Of a DNA stretch of 64,000 nucleotides, positions 19,537-28,466 are shown one piece after another (within the stretch, counting starts at the first letter, position 1; every line of letters begins with the position of its first letter). This DNA comes from an uncultured Eubacteriales bacterium (GTDB lineage: Bacteria > Bacillota > Clostridia > Peptostreptococcales > Anaerovoracaceae), in NCBI GenBank assembly GCA_902778585.1, contig CACYYD010000002.1, positions 141,956 through 205,955 of the forward strand. Reading direction: 5' to 3'. The position numbers were made by a program, and so were the translations under genes. The notes under the pieces are model-generated. The model did no database searches. It saw only the letters and a list, made by a program, of their open reading frames with translations, and was not told the origin of the DNA.

Positions 19537-19578
19537 ATATTCATATGAATATATTAGCATACGTTCATTATAAGTCAA
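19537..19578 (-). promoter_or_regulatory. cad operon promoter with overlapping 16-bp perfect palindrome (putative ArsR/SmtB operator)
   Basis: Minus strand: -35 TTGACT (19573-19578), 16-nt spacer, extended -10 TGcTAATAT (-10 hexamer at 19551-19556). The palindrome ATATTCATATGAATAT (19537-19552) overlaps the -10 and the start site. Confidence 0.5.
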
Positions 19579-19615
19579 TGGGTTTTTATAAAATCGTGTT
19601 TCCGTTTTCCGGAAT

Positions 19616-20722
19616 TCAGTCTTCGAAACCGTTCCACACAGGGATCCCTGTATAGACTTTCGCCTCTTCTTCACCTCTCAGGACTCTCAGAGCTCCTGCA
19701 GCCATGGCCTCATGTTCGACCTCTCCCGGATAGAAGAATACCGGAGCGATCCATCTGCAGCGCTCATCTATATAAGCGCAAAGGTCATCGAATCTGAGAA
19801 GACCTCCGCCGCATAGTATCGCGTCAACATGTCCCGACAGCGCAGCCGCCATTGCTCCAATGCTCTTGCAGATGTTGTAGCACATCGCGTTCCATACGCG
19901 TACGGCCTTAGGGTCGCCCGCTTTCACCATCTCATGCACTTTATCTGAATTGGAAGTGCCGAAATGGCTCACAAAGCCTCCTGCCCTGGTGCAGGCATCG
20001 CCTACATAAAGCTCACTGCCTTCCCCGCCTTCACCGAAGTATTCTACGGCAAGCTGCACAGGCAGAGCTCCGGTGCGGGTCGGTGTGAATGGTCCTTCGC
20101 CCCAGGCATTGTTTGTACCGTCGATCATTTTCCCATGTCTGTGGGCAGATATCGACATGCCTCCGTCTATGTGGCATACGATGAGATCTGAGTCTTCATA
20201 CTTCATGCCGTGCGTCCTGCAGTGAAGTCTGGCCGTGCCCTTCAGATTGAGTACATGCAGGCTGGACCCCCTGTAGAGACCGTCCATGCCGGTTATGCGT
20301 GCCTCGTCGGTGAATTCATCGACTTTCGGGCTGTCGACCATGAAGACGCGTCCGCCGTATTCAGCAGCTATCTCGCGGGCAAGCAGTATGCCCAGATTGG
20401 CAGGGTGATCCACGCCGGTGACCATGTTTCTGGTGTCTTCCACCATTTTGTCGTTCACTTCATATGTGCCGCCGAGGACGGAAGCGGTGCTCCCTCCGCG
20501 TCCCACTACAGCATCTATTCCGTGAAGGTCTATATCGTTCTCCTTCAGAAAATCCATTATCATGCGCTTTCTGAAATCGAGCTGGTCAAAGACCCTGCCG
20601 AACTGTGCGAGTTCCGGCGCATCATGAAAGATATTTGCCTCATGGACTTTTACGTCGTCCTCAAAATAGGCAAGCTTTGTGGAAGTCGATCCCGGATTTA
20701 TGACAAATATTCTGTAACTCAT
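19616..20722 (-). CDS. buk: Butyrate kinase
   Basis: MSYRIFVINPGSTSTKLAYFED...VGRGG...HPANLG is an ASKHA-type butyrate kinase signature. ATG at 20722 follows AAAGGAGC. No ptb gene is adjacent. Confidence 0.9.
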   Translation of the reverse strand: MSYRIFVINPGSTSTKLAYFEDDVKVHEANIFHDAPELAQFGRVFDQLDFRKRMIMDFLKENDIDLHGIDAVVGRGGSTASVLGGTYEVNDKMVEDTRNMVTGVDHPANLGILLAREIAAEYGGRVFMVDSPKVDEFTDEARITGMDGLYRGSSLHVLNLKGTARLHCRTHGMKYEDSDLIVCHIDGGMSISAHRHGKMIDGTNNAWGEGPFTPTRTGALPVQLAVEYFGEGGEGSELYVGDACTRAGGFVSHFGTSNSDKVHEMVKAGDPKAVRVWNAMCYNICKSIGAMAAALSGHVDAILCGGGLLRFDDLCAYIDERCRWIAPVFFYPGEVEHEAMAAGALRVLRGEEEAKVYTGIPVWNGFED

Positions 20723-20754
20723 CCCGCTCCTTTTCAATTGCATCTGCGCTCATC

Positions 20755-23700
20755 CTACAGATCGAAGATGCTGATCTGCGCCGACTCAGGCAGTCCTTCG
20801 AACAGACCGTGCTTTTTAAGGTCCTCTATGTTTGTGCCCGTGAGCCTTGTTCTTGAACGAACGTCGTCGAGAGTGCTGAAAGGCTTCTCCGCATAAGCTG
20901 CCGTAAGCGACTCAGCAGCCGTATCTCCTATTCCGTTTACGGCATTGAACGGAAGCATTATCTTTCCGTCGACGACCGAGAACCTGCAGGCCTCAGCGAC
21001 TCCGAGGACAGGTTCCGCAAAGCCGTAGCCTCTTGAGAACGCTTCATACATTACCTCGTATACGGTCAGCTGTTCCTTCTGTTTCGCTGTGGCAGCATTG
21101 CCGAGCTTTTCTATCTCATCCATCCTGGCTTCGACAGCAGGTATGCCCGACATTATGATATCGGCATCGAAGTTGTCGACCTTCGAAGTGAACCATGCAG
21201 CATAGAATGCTTCAGGATAATAGACCTTGAACCAGGCCATTCTTATGGACATCATTACGTAAGCCGCCGCATGTGCTCTCGGGAACATGTACTCCAGAGT
21301 CTCGCAGGACCAGATATACCAGTCAGGCACGCCGTGATCCTTCATCATCTGGAGCTGTTCTTCGCTCAGCACCCTGTTCTTACGCACTATCTCCATTATC
21401 TTGAAGGCATCGCCGTTAGGCAGACCCTTGCTGATAAGGAAGTTCATGATATCGTCTCGGCAGGATATTACCTCATCTATGGTGGCCGTACCGTTTCTCA
21501 GGAGTTCCTGCGCGTTGCCTGTCCAAACGGCAGTTCCGTGTGAGAATCCCGACATCTTGATAAGCGCGGATACCGTAGTCGGATGGATGTCATCAAGCAT
21601 CTGACGTGTGAAGTTTGTTCCGAATTCAGGGATGGCGTAAGTACCATGCACGAATCTGTAGTTCTCGTTCTTTATGTTGAGCGCATCAAGCGATGTGAAG
21701 ATGCTGATGGTCTTTTTGTCATCGAGCGGGATGTTCATAGGATCCACGCCTGTCATGACCTGAAGATGCCTTATGAGCTGAGGCACATCATGTCCCAGTA
21801 TATCCAGTTTGAGAAGGTTCTCATCGATCTTGTGATAATCGAAGTGCGTCGTTATCACGTCGGTGTCCCTCTTGTTTGCCGGCTTCTGTATAGGGCAAAA
21901 CTCATATATCTCGTGGTCGTCAGGCACTACGATGATGCCGCCCGGGTGCTGGCCGGTCGTACGCTTTACGCCCGTGCATCCCTTCACAAGATAATCTATG
22001 TCGTATTTGTTTGCGCTTATGTGGTTTTCTTCGATGTAGTGCTTTACATATCCGAAAGCCGTCTTGTCAGCGATGGTCGCTACTGTGCCCGCCTTATATA
22101 CATTCTTTTCGCCGAAGATCTCGCCTACGTAGCGGTGAGCCACAGGCTGGTATTCGCCGGCGAAGTTAAGGTCTATATCAGGTTCCTTATCTCCCTTGAA
22201 ACCGAGGAATGTGGCGAACGGGATATTGAGGCCTTCCTTACGCATGCGGGCGCCGCACGCCGGACATTTCTTTTCCGGCATGTCGTATCCGACATCATAT
22301 TTGCCCGGCTCGTCAGACCATTCAAAGTGCTTGCACTCCGGGCAAATATAGTGCGGCGCCAAAGGATTTACTTCGGTTATCCCCGCCATCGTGGCAGCAA
22401 ATGAAGAACCTACGGATCCTCTGGAACCTACAAGATATCCGTCCCTGTTTGATTTCTGTACAAGCATCTGAGCCGCTATGTACATGACCGCGTAGCCGTT
22501 TCCGATGATAGAACTCAGCTCGGTCTCGAGTCTCTCCTCTATCTCAGGCGGCAGAGGGTCGCCGTATATCGAATGCGCCTTCTCATAGCAGCTGTTTCTG
22601 AGCTGTTCCTCTGCGCCTTCGATCTTAGGCGGGAATTTTCCCTTAGGTACAGGAAGAACTTCCTCTACCATATCCGCGATCTTATTCGTATTTGTGATTA
22701 CTATCTCTTCTGCCCTGTCGCCCAGATACTCGAATTCCTTCATCATCTCGTCGGTCGTTCTGAGATAGAGCGAATCCGAAGGAGTATCCCTGAATCCGAT
22801 ACCCGACATGATGATGTTTCTGTATATCGATGCCTCCTGTGAAGGATAGTGGGAGTCGGTGGTCGCCACCGTTATCTTTCCGAGCCTGTCTCCGCATGCG
22901 ATTATCCTGAGGTTGTTGCGGATGAGATCATTCTCATCCCTTGCCGTCCCGTCTTCTATCATGAAGCGGTTGTTTCCGAGCGGCTGTATCTCAAGATAAT
23001 CATAGTAAGATGCGATCCTGTCGAGTTCGTCATCGTCGGCACCTCGTACTATCGCCTGGTAAAGCTCGCCCGCCTCGCAGGCAGAACCGATTATCAGCCC
23101 TTCCCTGTGAGCCTCAAGCACGGAACGCGGTATCCTCGGCCTCTTGTAGAAATAATCAATATGCGAAAGGCTGACCAGCTTGTAGATGTTCTTAAGGCCG
23201 GCCTGGTTTTTCGCCAGGATTATTATGTGATATGTACGGTTCTTCTTGATGTCGATGCTTCCGTCTTCAGCCCAGGCGTCCTCGTCAGGATAAAGATAGC
23301 CCTCGACTCCGTAGATGATCTTTATCGGGCGTCCGGCCTTGGCCTGCTTGCCCGCTTCCTTTGCTGCATCAGGGAAAGCCTGCACGACACCGTGGTCGGT
23401 TATCGCGACAGCCGGCTGGCCCCAGTACGCAGCCTTCTTTACTATATCTTTGACCTCATTGAAGCCGTCATTGTCGCTCATCTTTGTGTGGCAGTGAAGC
23501 TCTACCCTGCGTCCGTTCGGATAGGTATCTTCCTTGAGTCTCTTCTCTACCTTCTTGAGCGCGAGGCACATCATGAGGTTCTCGTGTTCATATGTGTCGT
23601 ATTCTATGCTGCCGCGGGCTCTTACCATATCGCCCTCCGACAGATGCTCCTGGATCTCCTTGAGCTTGTCTTCAGAGATGAATGTCTTCATCCCGAAGGT

Positions 23701-24270
23701 CCTTACTTCTGAAGCAATGAGGATGGTGATCAGCTGGCGTCCGCTCTTGATAGGCATGGAATCGATCTTGAATACCTCGCCCTCGATGACCGGCTTTTCC
23801 TTGCTGCCCACAAGTCCCGCAAGCTCGCCGTAGGATACGGGCTCATCGCTGAAGTCGCTTCCCATGAGGACCAGTTCTCCGGCCCTGTTGGTGAAGGCAG
23901 GCTTGTCCTTTTTGCTCTGCCTGCCGCTCCAGCCGCCTCCGCCGCCACTGTTTCCGTTATATGAAGCACCGGAAGCCGTGCTGTCATCATAGTCTGAGTG
24001 CTGAGGCAGCCTGACTCCCGTATATGTGTAGTTGACACGTACTCTTCCGACAGATGCTATCTTTGCCGCGATCCTCTTCTTCATGAGATTCTCGGTCTTT
24101 TTAGGCATCACAAAATTGAGCTTGGCGTCAATGCTGAGCGCCACGCTCGATCCGCCGCCCATGCGGGATACAGACACATTGGTTATCTCAATATCTATAT
24201 CCCGGGCGTCCCTGCCGCTTGCTTCCTTAAGCTCTTCGGCAGTAAGAATGTCTTCTGAGAGCTTTATCAT
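20755..24270 (-). CDS. polC: PolC-type DNA polymerase III alpha subunit, without the inserted 3'-5' exonuclease domain
   Basis: 1171 aa. PHP start VELHCHTKMSDNDG, PolC zinc module HYICPECKH...CPACG, and KRTTGQHPGGIIVVP. Canonical synteny downstream of rseP/ispG. The PHP halves are joined by about 22 aa (residues ~324-346) where PolC normally carries a roughly 190-aa DEDDh domain. Confidence 0.9.
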   Translation of the reverse strand: MIKLSEDILTAEELKEASGRDARDIDIEITNVSVSRMGGGSSVALSIDAKLNFVMPKKTENLMKKRIAAKIASVGRVRVNYTYTGVRLPQHSDYDDSTASGASYNGNSGGGGGWSGRQSKKDKPAFTNRAGELVLMGSDFSDEPVSYGELAGLVGSKEKPVIEGEVFKIDSMPIKSGRQLITILIASEVRTFGMKTFISEDKLKEIQEHLSEGDMVRARGSIEYDTYEHENLMMCLALKKVEKRLKEDTYPNGRRVELHCHTKMSDNDGFNEVKDIVKKAAYWGQPAVAITDHGVVQAFPDAAKEAGKQAKAGRPIKIIYGVEGYLYPDEDAWAEDGSIDIKKNRTYHIIILAKNQAGLKNIYKLVSLSHIDYFYKRPRIPRSVLEAHREGLIIGSACEAGELYQAIVRGADDDELDRIASYYDYLEIQPLGNNRFMIEDGTARDENDLIRNNLRIIACGDRLGKITVATTDSHYPSQEASIYRNIIMSGIGFRDTPSDSLYLRTTDEMMKEFEYLGDRAEEIVITNTNKIADMVEEVLPVPKGKFPPKIEGAEEQLRNSCYEKAHSIYGDPLPPEIEERLETELSSIIGNGYAVMYIAAQMLVQKSNRDGYLVGSRGSVGSSFAATMAGITEVNPLAPHYICPECKHFEWSDEPGKYDVGYDMPEKKCPACGARMRKEGLNIPFATFLGFKGDKEPDIDLNFAGEYQPVAHRYVGEIFGEKNVYKAGTVATIADKTAFGYVKHYIEENHISANKYDIDYLVKGCTGVKRTTGQHPGGIIVVPDDHEIYEFCPIQKPANKRDTDVITTHFDYHKIDENLLKLDILGHDVPQLIRHLQVMTGVDPMNIPLDDKKTISIFTSLDALNIKNENYRFVHGTYAIPEFGTNFTRQMLDDIHPTTVSALIKMSGFSHGTAVWTGNAQELLRNGTATIDEVISCRDDIMNFLISKGLPNGDAFKIMEIVRKNRVLSEEQLQMMKDHGVPDWYIWSCETLEYMFPRAHAAAYVMMSIRMAWFKVYYPEAFYAAWFTSKVDNFDADIIMSGIPAVEARMDEIEKLGNAATAKQKEQLTVYEVMYEAFSRGYGFAEPVLGVAEACRFSVVDGKIMLPFNAVNGIGDTAAESLTAAYAEKPFSTLDDVRSRTRLTGTNIEDLKKHGLFEGLPESAQISIFDL

Positions 24271-25332
24271 CTAGTCGTTTGCCACTAATTCTATAAGTCT
24301 GTCGATCAGCATATCCTCGCTGACCTTTTCAATTATCTCGCCATGGCTGAAAACAAGGCCCTCGCCCTTGCCTCCGGCGATACCGTAGTCAGCCTCACGG
24401 CTCTCTCCCGGTCCGTTGACCGCGCAGCCCATGACTGCGATCTTAAGAGGTCTTCTGCCTTCTTCAGCGCGCCTCTGCGCTATAGGCATGAGCCTTTCTT
24501 CAGCTTCGTTCGCAAGACCGATAAGATCGACTTCGGTCCTTCCGCATGTTGGACAGGATACGACATCTATCGCCTTCTCCCTCAGTCCTACAGTCTCAAG
24601 TATGCGCCTCGCAAGCAGGACTTCCTTCACCGGATCGTCCGTCAGGGAGACTCTCATGGTGTCGCCTATCCCAGCGAGGAGCAGCGAGCCTATGCCTATC
24701 GCCGACTTCAGCTCTCCGTTCCTCGGAGTGCCTGATTCGGTTATTCCGATGTGTATAGCAGCGTCGGTGAGATCCTTCAGCTTAAGATGCGCGTCATAGT
24801 TCATACGCACGTTCGAAGACTTTATGGACACGACAAGCTTGTCATATCCGAGATCCTCGATGTACCTGACCATGCCCGCTCCGCTCTCAGCAAGAGCGTC
24901 TGCAGTGACACCGCCGTATTTCTCGATAAGATCCTTCTGCAAGGATCCCGAGTTCACTCCCACGCGGATCGGGATATCGTGCTCTCTCGCCTTGTCGACA
25001 ACAGCTTTCACCCTGTCTGCGCTTCCGATGTTTCCCGGATTGATCCTGATTTTGTCCGCACCCGCATCGATAGCGGCGAGCGCAAGCTTATAGTCAAAAT
25101 GAATGTCGGCTACAAGAGGGACGGATGTCAGTTTCTTTGCGCGTCCAAGCGACTCCGCAGCCTGCATGTCGGGGATCGCACACCTTACTATCTGGCAGCC
25201 GGCATCAGCGAGCTCGTCTATCTGCCTTACAAGCGCAGCTGTATCCCTTGTATCCACATTTGTCATCGACTGTATCGATACCGGCGCGCCGCCTCCGATG
25301 GCAACGTCGCCGCAATAAACCATTTTCGACAT
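24271..25332 (-). CDS. ispG: 4-hydroxy-3-methylbut-2-en-1-yl diphosphate synthase (flavodoxin)
   Basis: GGGAPVSIQSMTN...RINPGNIG...VSCPTCGRT...MGCAVNGPGE motifs. ATG at 25332 follows AAAGGAGA. The ORF-track TTG at 25350 overlaps rseP. Confidence 0.9.
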   Translation of the reverse strand: MSKMVYCGDVAIGGGAPVSIQSMTNVDTRDTAALVRQIDELADAGCQIVRCAIPDMQAAESLGRAKKLTSVPLVADIHFDYKLALAAIDAGADKIRINPGNIGSADRVKAVVDKAREHDIPIRVGVNSGSLQKDLIEKYGGVTADALAESGAGMVRYIEDLGYDKLVVSIKSSNVRMNYDAHLKLKDLTDAAIHIGITESGTPRNGELKSAIGIGSLLLAGIGDTMRVSLTDDPVKEVLLARRILETVGLREKAIDVVSCPTCGRTEVDLIGLANEAEERLMPIAQRRAEEGRRPLKIAVMGCAVNGPGESREADYGIAGGKGEGLVFSHGEIIEKVSEDMLIDRLIELVAND

Positions 25333-25342
25333 CGTTTCTCCT

Positions 25343-26350
25343 TTAGCCAAAAAGATTCTTTACATCGTTCATAGTTATGATCACAAAGAGTGCAAGAAGC
25401 AGTACCATTCCTGCCACAGTTGCCTTGTACTCCATATCGTCATTGATGCGTCCGCCCGAGATTATCTTCAGGATAATAAAGAATATCTTTCCTCCGTCGA
25501 GTCCCGGTATTGGCAGCAGATTGAAAAGCGCCAGGTTGAGGCTGACGAGCGCGAGCAGCGTCAGGTATGAAGCAAACCCGTAATCCGATGCCTGGTCCAC
25601 TACTCTTACAAGGCCCACCGGTCCTGCCACTTCGTCCATTCCGGCCTGCCCGGTAAACAGCATCTTAAAACCTTCGATCATCGCGGTGCTGAGTTCCCAC
25701 ATAGCTGAAGGCGCCCTTCTGACGCACTCCCAGACATTCCTGGTGACCCCGGCGCTGATGCCTATCATATAGCTCTTGTATTCATCGTTATATTCAGGCA
25801 CTACGGAGACTGTTTCTGTCTCGCTTCCGCGTTTGTATGTGATCTCAATGCTTCCGCTTCCGTTATAAGAGCCTATGCCGTCGTAAACAGCTTCCCATGT
25901 GTCTGTCTTTTCACCGTTGATCATTACGATCGTATCTCCTTCGCGGAGACCGGCTGCGGCAGCAGGCGAATCCGGAAGTACCGATCCGAGCGAATTGGTC
26001 ACCACGCCGGACACACAAAGCGCTATGGTCACCGCAACGAATGCGATGATCACATTCATCGTTACTCCGGCAAGCAGTATTGCTATCTTCTGCGGATAAG
26101 ATTTGGAAGAATACGAAGTCTCGCTGTCAACAGCCTCCTCTTCTCCTTCCATCATGCAGTAGCCTCCGAGCGGCAGAAGTCTTACCGAGTACTGGGTATC
26201 TCCCTTCTTCTTTTTGAAGATGAGAGGTCCCATTCCTACCGAGAACTCGAGTATCTTGACTCCGCACCATCTTGCCACTGTCATATGTCCCCACTCGTGC
26301 GGGATTATCAGCACGAGCAGCATAACAACAAACAAAATTGCAGTTTTCAC
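25343..26350 (-). CDS. rseP: RIP metalloprotease RseP (site-2 protease, M50)
   Basis: HEWGHMTVA (HExxH) in TM1, a PDZ domain (PAAAAGLREGDTIVMINGE) and the NLLPIPGLDGG motif. GTG start. Confidence 0.85.
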   Translation of the reverse strand: MKTAILFVVMLLVLIIPHEWGHMTVARWCGVKILEFSVGMGPLIFKKKKGDTQYSVRLLPLGGYCMMEGEEEAVDSETSYSSKSYPQKIAILLAGVTMNVIIAFVAVTIALCVSGVVTNSLGSVLPDSPAAAAGLREGDTIVMINGEKTDTWEAVYDGIGSYNGSGSIEITYKRGSETETVSVVPEYNDEYKSYMIGISAGVTRNVWECVRRAPSAMWELSTAMIEGFKMLFTGQAGMDEVAGPVGLVRVVDQASDYGFASYLTLLALVSLNLALFNLLPIPGLDGGKIFFIILKIISGGRINDDMEYKATVAGMVLLLALFVIITMNDVKNLFG

Positions 26351-26368
26351 TATCCTTAATCTCCCGTT

Positions 26369-27592
26369 TTATCTGAATGAATCGCGAGTTAATCTGCGCG
26401 CTTCGTTATCTATAGCAAGTATCTCTTCGACCGATGAAGGTTCGCTGTGATCATAGACCTGCATTACCCTGTCGATGGTCTCAGGGATATCGAGGAATCC
26501 GATCTTACCTGCCAGGAACATCGCGACGAGTTCTTCATTCGCTCCGTTCATGACTACCGGGGCGCTTCCGCCCTCTCTGAGAGCGTCATAAGCAAGGTCG
26601 ATGCATCTGAATACCCTGCGGTCAGGTTTTTCAAAAGTGAGTGACGCACCTGTTGTAAAGAAGTCGAGGCTTCCGTCAGATGCGCGGTGCTCATCGATGC
26701 CGTCAAAGTCTTCGAGAAGCCTGAGCCTGTCCGGATAATTGAGGGCCAGACCGATAGGGATCTTCATATCAGGAAGTCCCATCTGCGCTATCACGGAGCC
26801 GTCCATGAATTCGACCATCGAATGAACTATGCTCTGCGGATGGACGTGAACATCTATCTTTTCTGCCGGAACATCAAAGAGCCATCTGGCTTCAATGACT
26901 TCGAGGCCTTTGTTCATCATCGTCGCAGAGTCTATCGTGATCTTCGATCCCATTTTCCACTTCGGATGATTGAGAGCCTGCTCTACGGTGACGCCCTTCA
27001 TCGACTCATAGCTGCGGCCTCTGAAAGGTCCTCCCGACGCCGTGAGAAGGATGCGGCGGAGAGGTCTTCCGTCATGCTCAGCCGGATCCCTGTACGCGCG
27101 GCCGCAGGCACTTCCGCCATTGCCTTCAAGGCACTGGAAGATAGCGCTGTGTTCGCTGTCTACAGGCAGGAGCCTTACTCCCTTTTCACGGCAAAGATCG
27201 GTCACCAGCTTTCCGCCTGCAACGAGAGTCTCCTTGTTAGCGAGAGCTATATCCCTGCCGCGGCTTATCGCTTCATATGTAGGCGCAAGGCCGCTTATTC
27301 CCATAAGCGAGTTCAGGACTATATCGCAGTCCATCGACGCGATCTGAACGAGACCTTTGTCTCCATAGCAGACTTCGATGCCCGGAAACTCAGCCTTCAC
27401 TCTTGCGGCGTCAGCCTCATTTCCCACGCATACAGCCTCAGGTGAAAACTCCTTCACCTGTTCGATGAGGTCATCGACACGGCTTCTGCAGGTAAGGCCC
27501 ACAGCCCTGAATTTTTCCTTGTTATTCCTGATTATCTCAAGAGCCTGGGTCCCGATGGAGCCCGTGCTCCCCATTATCAATACTTTTTTCAT
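26369..27592 (-). CDS. dxr: 1-deoxy-D-xylulose 5-phosphate reductoisomerase
   Basis: MKKVLIMGSTGSIGTQALEI...LANKETLV...DSEHSAIFQCL...NKGLEVIEA are canonical Dxr motifs. Confidence 0.95.
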   Translation of the reverse strand: MKKVLIMGSTGSIGTQALEIIRNNKEKFRAVGLTCRSRVDDLIEQVKEFSPEAVCVGNEADAARVKAEFPGIEVCYGDKGLVQIASMDCDIVLNSLMGISGLAPTYEAISRGRDIALANKETLVAGGKLVTDLCREKGVRLLPVDSEHSAIFQCLEGNGGSACGRAYRDPAEHDGRPLRRILLTASGGPFRGRSYESMKGVTVEQALNHPKWKMGSKITIDSATMMNKGLEVIEARWLFDVPAEKIDVHVHPQSIVHSMVEFMDGSVIAQMGLPDMKIPIGLALNYPDRLRLLEDFDGIDEHRASDGSLDFFTTGASLTFEKPDRRVFRCIDLAYDALREGGSAPVVMNGANEELVAMFLAGKIGFLDIPETIDRVMQVYDHSEPSSVEEILAIDNEARRLTRDSFR

Positions 27593-27596
27593 GATC

Positions 27597-28439
27597 CTAT
27601 ATGTTCAGTATTCCCGTAAGCGCACAGATGGCGTAGTAAACGACAGGAGCTACAAAGATAACGCTGTCGAATCTGTCCATGATCCCGCCGTGTCCCGGTA
27701 TCAGCTTGCCGTAGTCCTTGATGCCCATCTTTCTCTTGAACATCGAGGCTGTAAGATCTCCGGCCATTCCGGCAGCTCCGCCCACAAGTCCGAGGACGAG
27801 GCAGACCAGAGCCATCTCTCTCATGAAAATGAATCCGAAGAGCCACGACAGAAGAGAGCTTCCGGCAAGTCCGCCGACAGCGCCTTCGATCGTCTTTTTA
27901 GGGCTCAGGTTCGGAGCCATCTTATGCTTTCCGAGGAAATACCCCGTGAAATACGCGAAGATATCCGAGCCGAAAGCCGCTATCACAACGATCCAGATGA
28001 AGATGCTGTATTCTGTCATGTCGATCAGCACCATGTGATAGGTGAAGAACGGTATGTATACCATCGCCAGGACAGTGATCGCAGCGTCATACGGTCCTCT
28101 TTCGTTTATCTTCCAGCCGTAGATCATGCCTGCGGCAACAGCGATGAAGAGCCATATGGTGATGAGCATCATGCTGTTGAAATATACCGGTACGCTGCTT
28201 ATGTCCGCAGCACTGCCGGTAAAGGCACCCGTAATGAATACACCTGAGAACAGCAGGCCTGTCATCACATAGCAGATCGGCTTTGACGGGTGGACCCCAA
28301 GGTTTTCCCATCCGCTGCAGAATTCATGTATCCCCATTACCGCGATGATAAGAGCGGCAGCCCAGAGAAACCAGCCGCCGAGATACAGAACTATCAGAAG
28401 CGGCGCCATTATAAATCCAGAAATGATCCTAGTTTTCAT
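27597..28439 (-). CDS. cdsA: Phosphatidate cytidylyltransferase
   Basis: 280-aa polytopic membrane protein with the C-terminal CTP-transferase signature SMFKRKMGIKDYGKLIPGHGGIMDRFDS. Confidence 0.9.
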   Translation of the reverse strand: MKTRIISGFIMAPLLIVLYLGGWFLWAAALIIAVMGIHEFCSGWENLGVHPSKPICYVMTGLLFSGVFITGAFTGSAADISSVPVYFNSMMLITIWLFIAVAAGMIYGWKINERGPYDAAITVLAMVYIPFFTYHMVLIDMTEYSIFIWIVVIAAFGSDIFAYFTGYFLGKHKMAPNLSPKKTIEGAVGGLAGSSLLSWLFGFIFMREMALVCLVLGLVGGAAGMAGDLTASMFKRKMGIKDYGKLIPGHGGIMDRFDSVIFVAPVVYYAICALTGILNI

Positions 28440-28466
28440 TTGAATAAGTATCTCCTTATCCCGTTA

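Noticed and set aside
17003-19620. cadC-HMA-cadA module as a mobile genetic element or genomic island
   Set aside because: I can see no integrase, transposase, relaxase, inverted terminal repeats or direct-repeat target duplications at either boundary. Its orientation and spacing match the surrounding core genes.
19465-19674. Longer 171-aa version of the ArsR-family ORF, and similar 5' extensions of nrdR (to 54938), infC (to 56709), cmk (to 54421), ilvE (to 34347), leuC (to 39920) and ylxR (to 12351)
   Set aside because: The extensions run through promoters, operators, leaders or the upstream gene. They lack an RBS and add residues absent from the protein families. The internal starts have strong SD sequences at correct spacing.
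20755-24270. polC as a pseudogene, or a frameshift or assembly artefact, explaining the missing exonuclease domain
   Set aside because: The reading frame is uninterrupted over 3.5 kb. Motifs are conserved on both sides of the junction and the linker is in frame. Nothing in the sequence itself indicates decay. Assembly collapse cannot be excluded without reads, so it is listed as a refutation test instead.
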